Source: Nitrosopumilus sp. | GTDB lineage: Archaea; Thermoproteota; Nitrososphaeria; Nitrososphaerales; Nitrosopumilaceae | NCBI GenBank assembly: GCA_965218695.1 | Contig: OZ244651.1 | Coordinates: 960,001 to 1,024,000 of the forward strand | Length of the DNA: 64,000 nt | Direction: 5' to 3' | Shown: in pieces, positions 50,729-63,252 of the stretch | Numbering within the stretch: position 1 is the stretch's first letter | Layout: each line of letters starts with the position of its first letter | The notes under the pieces: generated by a model | Database searches by the model: none | Told to the model about the DNA's origin: nothing | Seen by the model: only the letters and a program-made list of their open reading frames with translations | Program-made: the position numbers and the translations under genes

Positions 50729-51490
50729 TCATCCTTCAGAGGCCGTCTTGCCCCCATCCACGTTCAGGATGGTTCCGGTGACCCAGCGAGCCTCGTCTGA
50801 TGCCAGGTAAAGCACAGCATTTGCAACATCTGATGGTTCCCCTATTCTGGCAAGCGGCAGCCTGTCCTCAAGCACCTTTCTTGCATGCGGGTCATCCAGG
50901 TACGGCTTGATCATTCCGGAGTTGACTATTCCCGGATTTATACAGTTGCACCTGATCGTTCTCCTTGCATACTCTACTGCAATTGATTTTGTAAACATGG
51001 ATATTGCAGCCTTTGTTGCAGAGTACACTGCCAGATGCACCCGGGGTATCGCCCTCTCTCCCGAGATGGATCCGACGTTTACGATCGAGCCGCTTCTCAC
51101 CTCATACATCCTTGCAAGCACCGCCTTTGTAATGTGAAACATTCCCAACAGATTCACGTCAAGAACCCTCTTGACCTCCGGGGTCGGCATCGTGTGAAAA
51201 TGTACTGGGTCGTTTATGGTTCCTGCGTTGTTTACAAGTATGTCGATCTTGCCGTACGTGTCCATAACCTGATTGACGACCTGCGTCGTGTATGACTCGT
51301 CAAGCAGATCGCAGGATATTGATACTGTCGACTTTTCATTTCCAATCTCCCTTCTGGCACTTTCCAGCACGTCCAGATTCCTTGCAATTAGAACCACCTT
51401 TGCCCCCTCTTGGACAAACCTGCTGACAATTCCCTTGCCTATGTCGCTTGAGGCGCCCGTAACAATTGCAACCTTGCCTTCAAGTCTCAT
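50729..51490 (-). CDS. Short-chain dehydrogenase/reductase
   Basis: [25 protein letters not shown]. Confidence 0.92.
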   Translation of the reverse strand: MRLEGKVAIVTGASSDIGKGIVSRFVQEGAKVVLIARNLDVLESARREIGNEKSTVSISCDLLDESYTTQVVNQVMDTYGKIDILVNNAGTINDPVHFHTMPTPEVKRVLDVNLLGMFHITKAVLARMYEVRSGSIVNVGSISGERAIPRVHLAVYSATKAAISMFTKSIAVEYARRTIRCNCINPGIVNSGMIKPYLDDPHARKVLEDRLPLARIGEPSDVANAVLYLASDEARWVTGTILNVDGGKTASEG

Positions 51491-51681
51491 GTTGTTATGC
51501 GACACCACTACCCTTATAGGATTTTTGCTCATTTGTATATAACTGCCGGATTCACGCTCACCGCCCACATGCATCAGGCAGAGGCGGCACCACCATTCCT
51601 ACACCCTGCCGGTTCTGCCTGCGGGAGGGATGGTTTCTCTGGAGCATGACTGCAGATGCACCACGACAGATGTGCCTGCAG

Positions 51682-52569
51682 TCAGGTCTTTGAGTCGGCA
51701 TGTCCGGATTTTTCTATGTACCTGATGATTCCGGTATAGTCCATCTCGCCAAGTCCATGCCTGAGGGCATCCTGATACACGTCCTCTGCCCTTTCAATCA
51801 TTGGAAGGTCAATCCCCATGTTTCTTGCAGCGTGCGTTATGGTGCTGATGTCCTTCTTTAGGTTGGCAAGGGTAAATGTCGCATCCTTCATGTTCTCTAT
51901 CATCCCGTATGCCTTCCCCTGGCTCATGCCGGTCTTAAAGTACGTTGAGTTTAGGACCTCAAGGAATTTTTTGGGATCCACGCCTGACTTTCTGACAAAT
52001 GCTATTCCCTCTGAGAGTGCCAGTGCAAGCATCGTGATTTGAAGATTCATGGCAAGCTTGACAGAGTGTGCAGTTCCGCTTTCCCCCAGGAAGAACGTCC
52101 TGCTTGCAATCCCGTCAAATACGTCCCTGCAACGACTGAATGCCTCTCTGCTGCCTGATGCCATCATGACCAGATCCCCGGTGATTGCCGCGTTCGGACC
52201 TCCCATTACGGGAATGTCAAGCTTTTCGATGCCATGCTCCCGAAACACGACTGACATGTCTGCAGATTCTGAGGGATCAATTGTGCTCATGTCTGCAACA
52301 ACCAGGCCCTTGTGCGCCCCCATTACAATTCCGTTGCTCCCAAACGAGACGTCCCTTACTGCATCTGCATCCCGTACTATCGTGATCACAACGTCAGAGT
52401 CACGGGCCACCTCCATTGGCGATGGTGCAATGCGCGCGCCAGCTGCTGCCACCCTTGCAGCCTTGGTTTCGGTCCGGTTATATACCAGCACGTCAAACCC
52501 CGAATCCAGAAGATGCATGGCAACTGCGCTCCCAAGCATGCCAAGTCCGATTATTCCCACCCTCATCAT
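51682..52569 (-). CDS. NAD(P)-dependent beta-hydroxyacid dehydrogenase family protein
   Basis: IGLGMLG, YNRT, DMST, PVMGG, KLAMN. Confidence 0.9.
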   Translation of the reverse strand: MMRVGIIGLGMLGSAVAMHLLDSGFDVLVYNRTETKAARVAAAGARIAPSPMEVARDSDVVITIVRDADAVRDVSFGSNGIVMGAHKGLVVADMSTIDPSESADMSVVFREHGIEKLDIPVMGGPNAAITGDLVMMASGSREAFSRCRDVFDGIASRTFFLGESGTAHSVKLAMNLQITMLALALSEGIAFVRKSGVDPKKFLEVLNSTYFKTGMSQGKAYGMIENMKDATFTLANLKKDISTITHAARNMGIDLPMIERAEDVYQDALRHGLGEMDYTGIIRYIEKSGHADSKT

Positions 52570-52590
52570 GAGACACGCCCCCGAGTCATC

Positions 52591-52977
52591 CTAGTGCCGC
52601 TCCTCGTTTTTGATCTCCCACTGCCCGACTCCAAACCTTGATGCCACAAACTCCAGCTGCCCAATGGTCCTGTCGCCCCTCCTGACCTTGGCAAAGTCAA
52701 ACCTCTTCATCCTAAACACCCTTTCCTTGGGCTTGTACCCTCCCTCGATAACCTTGACCTTGAATCTCTTGCTTGCCCGGATTATCATCCTCCTTGCGGC
52801 CTGCACATCCCCAATCCACGAGAACATCTCAAAGTCCCCAAAATTGGCAGTCGAGATGCTGTACCCGTACAGTCTTGCCTCCAGTTTTATTCCCTGGGAC
52901 GCAGTCTTCTCGTTAAGCCATGCTACGACCTTTTCTGCATGTCCCTTCTCAACCCCGAACGTTTCTGAGTCACTCAT
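52591..52977 (-). CDS. Hypothetical protein (128 aa)
   Basis: Host-like ORF with TTATT box upstream. Confidence 0.75.
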   Translation of the reverse strand: MSDSETFGVEKGHAEKVVAWLNEKTASQGIKLEARLYGYSISTANFGDFEMFSWIGDVQAARRMIIRASKRFKVKVIEGGYKPKERVFRMKRFDFAKVRRGDRTIGQLEFVASRFGVGQWEIKNEERH

Positions 52978-53553
52978 CTGATAAAATCTTCTACATCAAG
53001 CAATAATAACCATTTTGCCACACCGCTCCGTCAGGGCCTGGCAACGCCACTAATGCGGTTTTTTCCATGGTGCAGAAGTTCAGGCACATACATGGATTCA
53101 GACGACCAATGAGATTCGGTTATTTGAATAATCGTGATGTTGGGTGGACAGATCTCGCCTGCTGCTGCAGACATAACTTGAGGATTGGATCGGGTGTAAA
53201 AAAACAATAATTAAAACGGGCTGTAGGCATGTCTGTTTTTTTTATAAATGTGGAACCAATCATGTTGCAATTTCCGGTTATTTTAGGTAGTTTTAATTTT
53301 ATTTGTATTTATGCTCCAGTAATTGCCTTTATAATAAATTCAAGATACCCGAAGGCATGAAGATCACGCTACAAGACGTCAAATCCGTGGGGAACGCTGA
53401 TGCTGTTCCACCAGAGGGGCTTGTAGCCCACGAGAGCTGGAACCATTCATCCAAGTGTGTCGTGCTATTTACCCGGAAGCGAAGAGCTTTCAAAAGTGAT
53501 CCGCAGGTATGAGTAAACACGGTGATGCCACCAGAGGAGGCTGTTCTGGAATG

Positions 53554-54670
53554 TCAGTACGGCAACAAACACCGGCTACCCGATACTGAACAGTCTCCAA
53601 CCCAACTATAATTCCCCTCGATCAGTTTTTTGACAGTTGCCGGAGTTACGCAAACAGAGTTCCTGAGATCATCAGTCATTACAGTAACATGGGTGTTATC
53701 TGGGCAGGAGTGTTCCGTTATTCTATCAAGTAATGCGCCCTCAAGCATGCAGTGCAGGGCAGAGGTGCCATTCGGACAGGAGTGTTCCACTGCTGCATCA
53801 TGTGAATACCCAAACCTAAAGGTATTCACCAATGAGGCTTCCAGTACTATGGGCTGCGTGCAAATAACACTGCTGTTTGACAACAATACTGGTATTGATC
53901 CTCCTCCCCCTCCCCTCACATGAGTCCCAATACACAAATCCGGGAGTCATGAGAGCGCATGCAGCTGGGTCTACAGCATAGTAATCATTGTCCTCAACGC
54001 AGTGATCCGCCCACTGCAAGCCTTTGTAAAACTCCAAAGCGGTTCCTACAATTTGGTATGACTGAACAGAAACAGTCAGAAATGTAACACGAATATTGAC
54101 TCGATCGGCATGTGGAGAAGGAACCATGTTGGTTGTTTGGCGCCCGGACGTTTGATTGCTTACGCTTGCCTTCCCATCATGACCATAAATTGTAAATCCA
54201 AAAATATTATGAGATGTTATTGGTGGGATGATAGCGTAAGGGACAGTTAGTCGAAAATTGCTGGTTGTGTCTATGTCCTCAAAATAAGCCGTAATTCCGA
54301 AGTAATCACATTCCATGTTGACAACCCTGCTGCTTGTCAGTTCATAGTCAATACTAAATTGCGGTCCGGTTGCAGATCTGCCAAGATGCGACTCGCAACG
54401 TACGGGCACGATATTGACAAATCCCCTCTGTTCAAGCACATCCGCCGAACTCTCGTATACGCAAGATGGGCTGCCACCGGGAGAGGGCATCAGTATTTTT
54501 GCATCCGCGCATTGTATCTGTTCGGCAAGAACCCCCGCTGAAACTGCTTGTAGGGCTACATGGTTTCTGTCTCTGCAAATAATGTGTTAGTATTTTTGGG
54601 GCCAAGATGAATTATAAGCATAATTATTAGTGAGGCAAACGCAGCTGTCTTTATGTTTTGTAATGCCATA
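53554..54670 (-). pseudogene. Frameshifted secreted/surface protein
   Basis: Signal-like MALQNIKTAAFASLII, thaumarchaeal-type modules QIQC..SPSCVYESSADVLEQRGF and VCVTPATVKKLIE spread over different frames. Confidence 0.5.
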
Positions 54671-54762
54671 TAGTTAATCATACACACATATTGATATTTA
54701 GTTGTGTTTGTGTAACCAGAAGGCTTCCCAAAGGCAACAGGTCCCAAGGTTCCATTTGGTAA

Positions 54763-55407
54763 TTACCTTGACAGGATTACGGTCCCATCTCCAATAAACA
54801 AGGCGTTGACTGCCATGTATGCGATTATGGAGACGATGGCAATTCCGAATGCCTTTGCGGTTCCGAATGCGTTTATCGCCTTTATTGCCTTTATAGTCAC
54901 AAACAGAAACCACGCTCCAAACGAGATTGGGACTACATTGTACAGAATAGGGATATAGGAAAAGAAATCGGGCACGGTTAGCGGCGCAGATGAATCAGGG
55001 GGAACTGAGTAATACGACCAGAATGTACCAACCAGCCCAAGTAAAACCGCAAGCAAGATGTACAAAACATGTATGTGAAAAATTGCATCAAACGTCAGTT
55101 TCCAGCACCGGTTACCGCCAAGTCTCGTTCCTGCAATGTGAATTATCACCGGTACAGTCATGCTGCTTGCCAGAGTTGATATCAACCACCACAGACTATC
55201 CCGGCTCGATAAATCCAATTGTCCATAGAGGATACCTGACGATGTGATGGCGACGCCAAGGGTTACTCCGATCAAAAATATCACAACGGCCTGCCCAAAA
55301 TACACGCCATTGCCGTCTTTAATGCGCGCAAATGCGGCATTTGGCGATATTATTATCAGGTATGGTATTCTGAGATCAAAATGCACTGACAGTGCCACCC
55401 TAGACAA
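54763..55407 (-). CDS. Yip1-like multi-pass membrane protein
   Basis: IIISPNAAFARI N-terminus and about five TM helices. Confidence 0.7.
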   Translation of the reverse strand: MSRVALSVHFDLRIPYLIIISPNAAFARIKDGNGVYFGQAVVIFLIGVTLGVAITSSGILYGQLDLSSRDSLWWLISTLASSMTVPVIIHIAGTRLGGNRCWKLTFDAIFHIHVLYILLAVLLGLVGTFWSYYSVPPDSSAPLTVPDFFSYIPILYNVVPISFGAWFLFVTIKAIKAINAFGTAKAFGIAIVSIIAYMAVNALFIGDGTVILSR

Positions 55408-55759
55408 TAATTTAGGGGTTTGTTTTGGTCAAATACTGCAGAATACTTCCAAATTGTGCGTTAATTCCCAAAATATGTTCAGGTATCGTCCCTGCCCGCA
55501 ATCCACCTCAGAAGATCATCCGGGAGGGAACCGAAACGCCACGGTATTTTTTGATTTTTTTGCTCTCTCAAGGATATTCTCCTCACGATTGTGAGACAGT
55601 CGCGTATGCCAGTGACTTCAGCATTTAGCCTGGAGTGCTCCTTTTCATGTGCCATAAGCGACGCCATAGGCAATACCGTAAACGGCTCGACATCACTTGA
55701 CGGTTCTGGAATAGGGGAATCAGATGCCAAGTTGGAACCCTCAATCGTGTAATAGTGTT

Positions 55760-57521
55760 CAGCTAACCCAAAAGTAATTTTGTCCACGTAACGCACATGC
55801 GCCAAAACATGGCTGCAGAAGCATTCGACCTAGATGATCAGTGTCAACGCACGTCACATCGGACCGCATTCCGGGCTCGGGATGGTTGTTGTGCAGATAA
55901 GTGGATTCGGGGATGCACGGCATGCACCACCACACAGGACAACCCAGAATCCATAATATCCTTGCCGGGTTTTTATTTAAGCGCACCCGTGCGGCGGCAA
56001 GGCGTGCCGTGCAGGCACAAACGCAGCACGCCCCGGGGAGGCAGCCGGGATGAGCAGACACGGCGTGCCCTCCAATCAGGGGGCAAACAAGATCATGCGC
56101 GACTTCCGAAACAACTCCCGGATCCGCTGCCAAATGATGCCGGGACTCTGCGACGTCGTCGGGTCGATCGTCCCTCTTCCGGCCGGACGCAACAGGAAAT
56201 ACGGCGTATCGGACCTGAGCGACGGCATGGTGAGGGGAGCCATCCTTGACACGTCAGTCGGCGGCGCGGCCAACGGCATGCGGCCAACATCGGAGGCCGG
56301 AGACGCAAGGGCAGGCCATGCGGTTCCAAGTGACGAGTGGTTCCGGCTGAGGCTGCTTGGCATCGACGAGGACAACATGGCGTGCCGGTTCAGGCAGGCA
56401 GTCTCTGGGCAGCTGGACCGGCTGGGACAGGCAGGCATGCTGCCTGTCGAGGGGCTCACAGTCGCCATAGACATGCACCTGATATCCCGGTATGACCGAA
56501 CGCGCGGTCCCGAGCTTGCGCGCTCTAGGTACAAAAACGGGACAAAATATTTTGAAAGATACATCACCGCCCAAGCAGTCAACCCCGGCGCGCGCCTGAA
56601 CCTTGCCGCGCTGGGCGTGCCGGCGCTCACGTCAGGCCCGGACATGGCAGGAGCCGTGCTTGACGGCTGCCTTGCCGCAGGAGCCAAGATCGGCCTTGTC
56701 CTGATGGACAGGGAATTTTTTGCAATGCAGACGATCGACGCGCTAAACAGCAGGGGAATCGACTACCTCATGCCTGCCAGGAACACCCCCGGGGTGGCAG
56801 AGGCGCTGCGGGAGTTTGCAGAAGGCACCAGAAACGCAGTCTCAGAGTACGTCATGCACGGCCGGGGCAAGTCGGCATCGTGCTTTCTGTCCATAGTGAG
56901 GCGAAAGGGCTGCCAAGATCCCAACGCCAAACCAGAAGAGAAGTACATCGGGTTTGCCACCAGCGTGCCGGGCATAAACCCCGACGCGTATGCCGCCCGA
57001 TGGGGGATAGAGACCGGATACGCCAAGATAGAGAGCATGAGGGCCAAGACGCGCAGCCGCAACCGCGTCGCGCGCCTCTTCTGCTTCCTGTACTCCCTGC
57101 TGTTATTCAACCTGTGGGTTGCAGCCAACGCGCTTTTGGCGTTCCGGTCAGGAGACCATGCCGGCCCCAAGACCACGCAGACTGCGCTAAAGTTCGTGCT
57201 GCTGTTGTGGATCCTTGGGCAGCGGCCCGGTCCCGAACCCCCGCCGGGCTTGCCTGACTTGCCCGGCGTCCGGCCAGTGCCCGCCTGATCTCATCTGTTG
57301 CCTGCCTGCCTGCATGCCGCATGACAGGGCATATTGCGCACATTTTTTCACGCCGCGTCGATATCTGCACATCACATGGACAGGATGCCAGCACTCCGGG
57401 TTTGGGATGCGCGTGTCGGTCGACTAATTCCGTTTTCATGGAACCTGCGGGCAGTTTTACATCAGAATGCATGGCATCACGTGTTGGACTTGCGTGTAGT
57501 GAATTAGATTTGGGTTAGCTG
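55760..57521 (+). mobile_element. ISH3-family element (1762 bp); transposase 56050-57288
   Basis: TIR CAGCTAACCCAAA/TTTGGGTTAGCTG; 5-bp TSD GTGTT at 55755-55759 and 57522-57526; transposase homologous to 27669-28805. Confidence 0.9.
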
Positions 57522-57566
57522 GTGTTACCAATACCTACTTTAAGGCATAGTTGGAATGCCCATCAG

Positions 57567-58793
57567 TTGCCAGCAGAGTATCATTATGACGTAATAGTCG
57601 TGGGGGGAGGTCCGGCAGGATCCTCTGCAGCATGTACGGCTGCAAAAAACGGGGCAAGCGTGGTCCTGCTGGAGAAGGAAGGTGCCATTGCAGAGAGTGT
57701 CAGGACCAGTGGCGTCACATGGATTCAGGATGTCAGGGAGTTTGGAATTCCCGACGAGTGTTTTAATCCTGTAAAAAACTTCTCGTTCTGTTCTTCAAAC
57801 AACGAGGTCACCATAACAGATACGGTTCCAAGAGCAGCGGTGCTTGATGTGAGAGGGACATACAGATGGCTGGCAGAGGAGGCACGAAAGGCTGGTGCAG
57901 AGATCATGCTCAAGACCAACGTCACAGGCATCATCAGAAATAAGAGCGGCGACATTGCAGGAGTAAGCGGGACCGGGGCAGACGGGGAGGAGGCCACATT
58001 CCACGGAAAGGTGGTAATTGACGCAAGCGGGTTTTCGTCTGTAGTGTGCAGGGCAATGGATCTTGCGCCCCAGTGGAAGAGATTCGGTGCCGGGGCAGAG
58101 TACGAGGCCAGGGTGGAGAACGCGGATCCGGACACATGGTGGCTGATGGTGGGGCAAAAGTACTCCCCCGCAGGATACGCGTGGATCTTTCCTGTCGGAG
58201 GGGACGTTGTAAGGATTGGTGTGGGTGTGGGAAAGCCCGAATCGGACATAGACCCCACGCAGAGGCTCAATGACTTGATAAGGGACGGAACCGGACCCAT
58301 AAAAAAACTGGGCAAGATAACGCCAATAGAGTTTCACTACGGCATGATTCCAAACGACGGACTCGTGCGAAGGACAGTCTTTAACAACCTGATCATGGTG
58401 GGGGATTCTGCAGGACAGGCAAACCCGCTGGTGCTAGAGGGCATCAGGTATGCCATAAGGTACGGCAGAACCGCAGGAAGGGTCGCATCGGATGCTGCAA
58501 AAACCGGAAGAACCGACAGGGACAGCATGTACAGGTATGAGGAGGAGTGGAGAAGCGGGATAGAGTCAAAGATAAACTCCGCAGGAGGCATCCAGAACAG
58601 GTGGATTGGGTTCTCAGACAGGGAGTGGGACGAGGAGCTCAACGTCATCAGCGAGCTAAAGCCGGACGAGTTTCTGGATTTCATAAGGGCCGAGTTTGGC
58701 CTGTCATACATAATCAGGCTCACCAAAAATCATCCAAGGCTTGCCGTGAGGCAGCTGTTTGGCATGGTAAGAAGGCGCGCCGCACAGCGATAA
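57567..58793 (+). CDS. Geranylgeranyl reductase-family FAD oxidoreductase
   Basis: VVGGGPAG, IDASG, GYAWIFP, VGDSAG..NPL..EGI; probable TTG start at 57567. Confidence 0.9.
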   Translation: MPAEYHYDVIVVGGGPAGSSAACTAAKNGASVVLLEKEGAIAESVRTSGVTWIQDVREFGIPDECFNPVKNFSFCSSNNEVTITDTVPRAAVLDVRGTYRWLAEEARKAGAEIMLKTNVTGIIRNKSGDIAGVSGTGADGEEATFHGKVVIDASGFSSVVCRAMDLAPQWKRFGAGAEYEARVENADPDTWWLMVGQKYSPAGYAWIFPVGGDVVRIGVGVGKPESDIDPTQRLNDLIRDGTGPIKKLGKITPIEFHYGMIPNDGLVRRTVFNNLIMVGDSAGQANPLVLEGIRYAIRYGRTAGRVASDAAKTGRTDRDSMYRYEEEWRSGIESKINSAGGIQNRWIGFSDREWDEELNVISELKPDEFLDFIRAEFGLSYIIRLTKNHPRLAVRQLFGMVRRRAAQR

Positions 58794-58951
58794 AGCCGGA
58801 TGCGGCCGCACGCCAACAAAACGACTGGGGCATGCAGCATTACCAGACTGCCCGTATTCCGATATGTGGCCAAACCGGCACACTCCCACGAGTCGTCCCT
58901 GCAAGACCCTGCCGGCAAAGGAAGATTAAGAGGGGCACAGACTGCATGCAT

Positions 58952-59581
58952 GTGGATGCAGTCGAGAAGACATTTGACAGCTGGGCCCTGAACGGGAAAG
59001 CCGAGATACTGGAAAAGGGACATGGCAGGAACGTGGCAAGGTTTCTCCAGGATGTCTCATTTGATCACCCGTTTACGTTTCTGGATGTCGGCTGCGGGAA
59101 TGGATGGGTGGTCAGAATGATTGCAGGGAATAAAAACTGTACAAAGGCAGTCGGGATAGACAAGAGCGGCAGCATGGTCGCGCAGGCTGCAAAGAAGGCC
59201 AAAAGCAAAAAGGAGGTATTTGTCCACACGGACATCGAGTCCTGGGGGCATGGGGAGACATTTGACTATGTCTTCTCGATGGAGTCGCTGTACTATGCAG
59301 ACTCGGTCGAGACTGCACTTGAAAGGATATACAGGCTGGTAAAGCCGGACGGGACGTTCTTTTGCGGAACCGATTTTTACACCGAGAACCGTGCCACAGC
59401 AGGGTGGGCAGATAACATGAAGGTCCGGATGCACCTGCATTCAAGGGACCGGTGGGTGGCCCTTTTTCAGGAGGCAGGATTTACCGTACAAACAAGGCAG
59501 GTGACGGATCCGTCGGATGCAGAAAAGTGGAAGAGGGATCTTGGGACTCTCTTCATCACAGGCACCAGGCCCAAAGGGTAA
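58952..59581 (+). CDS. Class I SAM-dependent methyltransferase
   Basis: LDVGCGNG, GID, FSMESLYY, KPDG. Confidence 0.88.
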   Translation: MDAVEKTFDSWALNGKAEILEKGHGRNVARFLQDVSFDHPFTFLDVGCGNGWVVRMIAGNKNCTKAVGIDKSGSMVAQAAKKAKSKKEVFVHTDIESWGHGETFDYVFSMESLYYADSVETALERIYRLVKPDGTFFCGTDFYTENRATAGWADNMKVRMHLHSRDRWVALFQEAGFTVQTRQVTDPSDAEKWKRDLGTLFITGTRPKG

Positions 59582-60093
59582 CACTCAATAGCCAACTGTT
59601 TTTCCACTCCTATCTTTTCGAGTGATTTCAGCAGATACGAAACATTGCTCCAACAAAATTATATGGTTTACTGCATGTCTGCTGACGGTCTAATTATCAC
59701 AATTTTGGAAGTGTCATGGAACCCGACCGACGACCTGAACGCTGGCAAATTATCACATTTTGGAACAATGGCGGCAGTGCCGAGTGATTACTTTTCGGGG
59801 TCAGGAAGAGGATCCGATCAAGACGAAGCGGTTTCTGCTACTGGCTCTGTTCAAAATCGTGGATCTTGTCCAAAACCCATCCAATCGACGCGTGGCAGAT
59901 CACCATGTTTGAACAGAGTCTGTACTACAATATCCCTGGAATCTAGCATTATCCGATTCATATCTAACTTCTATTAGATCATATGAGTAATCGACCACTT
60001 TCAACATAACAAAAATACGCCGCAATAGATCCTATGATTAACCCCCCATCACATCGATAAATTTAGATCAGGCACGATCGCGTTTCACATCAA

Positions 60094-61341
60094 ATGCCAG
60101 ACTCACCTGATCAGATCATACGCAAGTTAGAACAGGAAAACAAAAAGCTAAAAAAGATTCTAAATCAGAAAGACAAAAAGCTGGAGCAGAAAGACGAGGA
60201 GCTGGAGCAGAAAGACGAGGAGCTGAGCCTTGAGCGCAGCCTGTGGAAGCGCAGGGACGGCGCGTTGAGCAAGGATGCCGGCAAGAGTGAAATGCTGCAC
60301 CGGATCGAGGTTTTTGACGAAATAATCGGCAGCAAGACCAAGATTTACCGGGCCACGCTAAAAGACAAGGAAAAGTTCCAGTTCATGCTGGTGTATGCCA
60401 AGGAATACATGAAGCATTCTGGCCAGATGCCGTTGTTTCGCGACGACGATTCCAGAAAGTCCGATCCCGGAAACCGGTGCAAGCTGCACCTGAGGCACGC
60501 CCTGCTCATGGCGTTGATGCACAAAAAGGACAACATCACCCAGGGCGTACTTGGCGCAGTCTTCGGGATAGACCAGGCCGCCGTGTCGCGGTACCTCAAG
60601 GTAATCGACGAGATGCTGGAAGGAACGCTTCCCACGGCAAACAGTGTGTCAGGGGAGATATCTGCAGCACCCACCAAAGAAGAGTTCAAGAAGATCGTGC
60701 CCGGCCCTGACGGGGGCAAGATATTTGCAGACGGCACGCACTGCCCCGTGCAGCGCCCGTCCGAAAGGACGGTCAGGCGCATGAAATACTCTGGCAAGAA
60801 AAAGAAATTCACCAATAACACCAATGTGTACGCCAACGAAAACGGGGTGATAATCGGCATATCAAAGAGCACCGTCGGGTCAGTCGGCGACATCACGCTT
60901 CTCAAGGAACGCCCCATGCCGTTTGGAAGATGGGAGGAGGTGATGCACGACCCGGATCTGCCCGAGGCACAACGGTGCCACGTCTTTGTCGACCGCGGCT
61001 ACCAGGGGATCGAAAAACACCTGCCCGGCACAATCCCGGAGATCCCGTACAAGAAGAGCAAGAAGGCGCCCCTGACGCCGGAGCAAAGGGAGCACAACCA
61101 CAGGATCCACTCCGAGCGCGTGCTAGTCGAGCACACCATAGGCAGGCTCAAGCGCTACGCGCGTCTTTCCGACCCGTACGACGGCAACGCGGCGCAGTTC
61201 AACCGGGAGTTCAACGTGCTCACCGGGCTGGTGAACCTGGACCTCTTGTGGGATTATGTGCAAAAGGGCCCGCCGCCACCGGGCCGGTGGAAGATGCAGG
61301 TAGACTGGGACAAAGCCTGCTCCCGGGAACCTGTCAAGTAG
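60094..61341 (+). CDS. IS5-family (DDE_Tnp_4) transposase with N-terminal coiled coil
   Basis: ADGTH, YSGKKK, DRGYQG, RVLVEHTIGRLK; element ends not identified. Confidence 0.88.
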   Translation: MPDSPDQIIRKLEQENKKLKKILNQKDKKLEQKDEELEQKDEELSLERSLWKRRDGALSKDAGKSEMLHRIEVFDEIIGSKTKIYRATLKDKEKFQFMLVYAKEYMKHSGQMPLFRDDDSRKSDPGNRCKLHLRHALLMALMHKKDNITQGVLGAVFGIDQAAVSRYLKVIDEMLEGTLPTANSVSGEISAAPTKEEFKKIVPGPDGGKIFADGTHCPVQRPSERTVRRMKYSGKKKKFTNNTNVYANENGVIIGISKSTVGSVGDITLLKERPMPFGRWEEVMHDPDLPEAQRCHVFVDRGYQGIEKHLPGTIPEIPYKKSKKAPLTPEQREHNHRIHSERVLVEHTIGRLKRYARLSDPYDGNAAQFNREFNVLTGLVNLDLLWDYVQKGPPPPGRWKMQVDWDKACSREPVK

Positions 61342-61401
61342 AATTCAGGGCACATCGAGGTGCTACAGGACTGCGCACGCCATCTTGGATTTTGTAATAA
61401 A

Positions 61402-61726
61402 TTAATTCGCCACGCACTCGGCATAGTTGGCATTTAGTCGTATTTTTCTGATTTTATGGCCCAAACCGGCAAGATGGGAGGGATTACTCATGAGTTCTAT
61501 TGGAATATCTTCCCCAATGAGTCCTCGGATACCAGATTCAAGTTCTGTCGATTCATCCTTGTCAACGGTTATGGTTAAAAGTCCAGTAGATGAGCCGATA
61601 TAAACTTCCAATAGTGGGAGTTCACTTTCCACCAAGGCGGATGCTGCGTTAATCATCTGTTCTTTTAACTGTGAGTCAATTTCTACGGTTGGGCCAGGAG
61701 GAACTATTGTATCTAATTGTGCAAAC
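61402..61726 (-). pseudogene. Internal fragment of a secreted protein between two IS
   Basis: ELPLLEVYI....LTITVD....IRGLIGEDIPIEL; AT-rich, truncated on both sides. Confidence 0.4.
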
Positions 61727-63252
61727 GTAAGTGTTCACGTGGTTTAACTCATTTTTAGGCGTATTTTGCAATCTCCGCCAAGTAATCCAATTTCTTGTTT
61801 TTCCATGTCATTACACATGAAAAGAAATTCGCCATCCACGTCATCGTCTCCTCTGCCCTTATGCTGCCCCGTATTTTTCTGTGCACGACTATCTCGCGCA
61901 ACCCGCGTTCTGCAGCATTGTTTGTAGGCGGGATCTTTGGGTTCAGCACGAACCGGAACAGGTCGCTGCCAGCATTGCTGATCTTGACCATGAATTTTTC
62001 CAATATTGGATCGTCGGCGTACCTTGCAACGATCTTTTCGATGCATGACGTCAGCATGGCAGACGCGTTGTCCCGGAGAGAGCGCGAGCGTTTCCTGCTT
62101 GCCCTTCTGGCATAATCATAGATTATGCGCAGGTGCTTCAGGACGTTGCGCGCGCCTGGGCAGTCCGGATTGCGGTTGCAGATGTCCCTGGCCTCGCGTA
62201 TTATGTGCGACCAGCAGCGCTGGACGCGGTATTTTCCGTACGCCGTCCAGCCGTCGCACACTAACGTGCCGTCCCAACCCCCAAGCGCTTCTTTCAGAAC
62301 CTTTGCCCCCCGGCTGTCCCGTATCACGTACAGCGCGTGCCCGGTCAGCGGATCGTGCAGTATCCACACCCAGACGTTGCGGCCGTTTAGGTGAATCGAT
62401 GTCTCGTCGGCGTGCAGTATCTTGGCCTTGCGTATCATGGCGGCAATGGCTGCCGCAGGGGCGCCCAGCGACGTTCCCAGCCTGCGCATTATGTTGTGCG
62501 CCGTGCCCGAGGAGAGTGTAATTCCGTACCGCGACATGCGGTCTGCGATCATCCTAAACGGCATGCGACACACGTAATCGTCTGCAACATCAGTCGTTAT
62601 GCTCGGATCGTAGCTGCCCTTGTCTGGAAGGCCGGTCTCGGGCTTGATGTCCACCAGACCGCAGGAGCAGCGACACGTGTTTATGGTGTGGCGCGTGGTG
62701 ATGACCTTTATCGTGCGCTCCACCCTGGTAATGTCGCGTTTTTCTGACTGCACTATGGAAAGGCTACCCGAGCCGCATTCGGGGCAGGCCTCCGGGGTGT
62801 GTTCCTCAAACTCGGTGGGTTTTGGCTTGCGGGTGCGGCCCATGTGGCCTTTTTGCCCCCCGCGCGACTTCCCGCTGCCGGCCGCATCCACGCGGTCCTT
62901 TTGATCCCGGGAGGCTTTTGTGGATTTATTGTAGGCATTCTTTTCGTCGCCTTTTCCCTTTGTGTCAGGCCATCCGGGCCCCCTTTTTTGTGATGACGGG
63001 GTGTTGTAATTGTCATGCCGCACCAGCCTGCGCTTAAGATCAGCAACTGCCAGATTCAATTCCTCAATTATCTGCCCTTGCATCTCAATCGTCTGCTTGA
63101 GCTTGATGTTCTCAGTCTTGAGATCCGTGTACATCTTTTTGAGTTCAGCCTGGCTTTTCACATCGGGTTTGGATTACCATCCTATTTGGATCTGTGGTTT
63201 GCACAAAATTTACCCAAGAGTGAACTGAATTAGGCACGACGTGAACACTTAC
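61727..63252 (-). mobile_element. IS66-family element, copy 4; transposase 61755-63161
   Basis: 1526 bp, same TIRs; flanks GTGCAAAC / AAAATAAC do not form a TSD. Confidence 0.95.

Noticed and set aside
53330-53555. Possible IS200/IS605 tnpA remnant
   Set aside because: Only vague similarity (CVVLFTRKRRAF); no HUH motif or tnpB visible
60160-60225. 21-bp tandem repeat in the IS5 transposase
   Set aside because: Heptad coiled-coil expansion common in transposase N-termini
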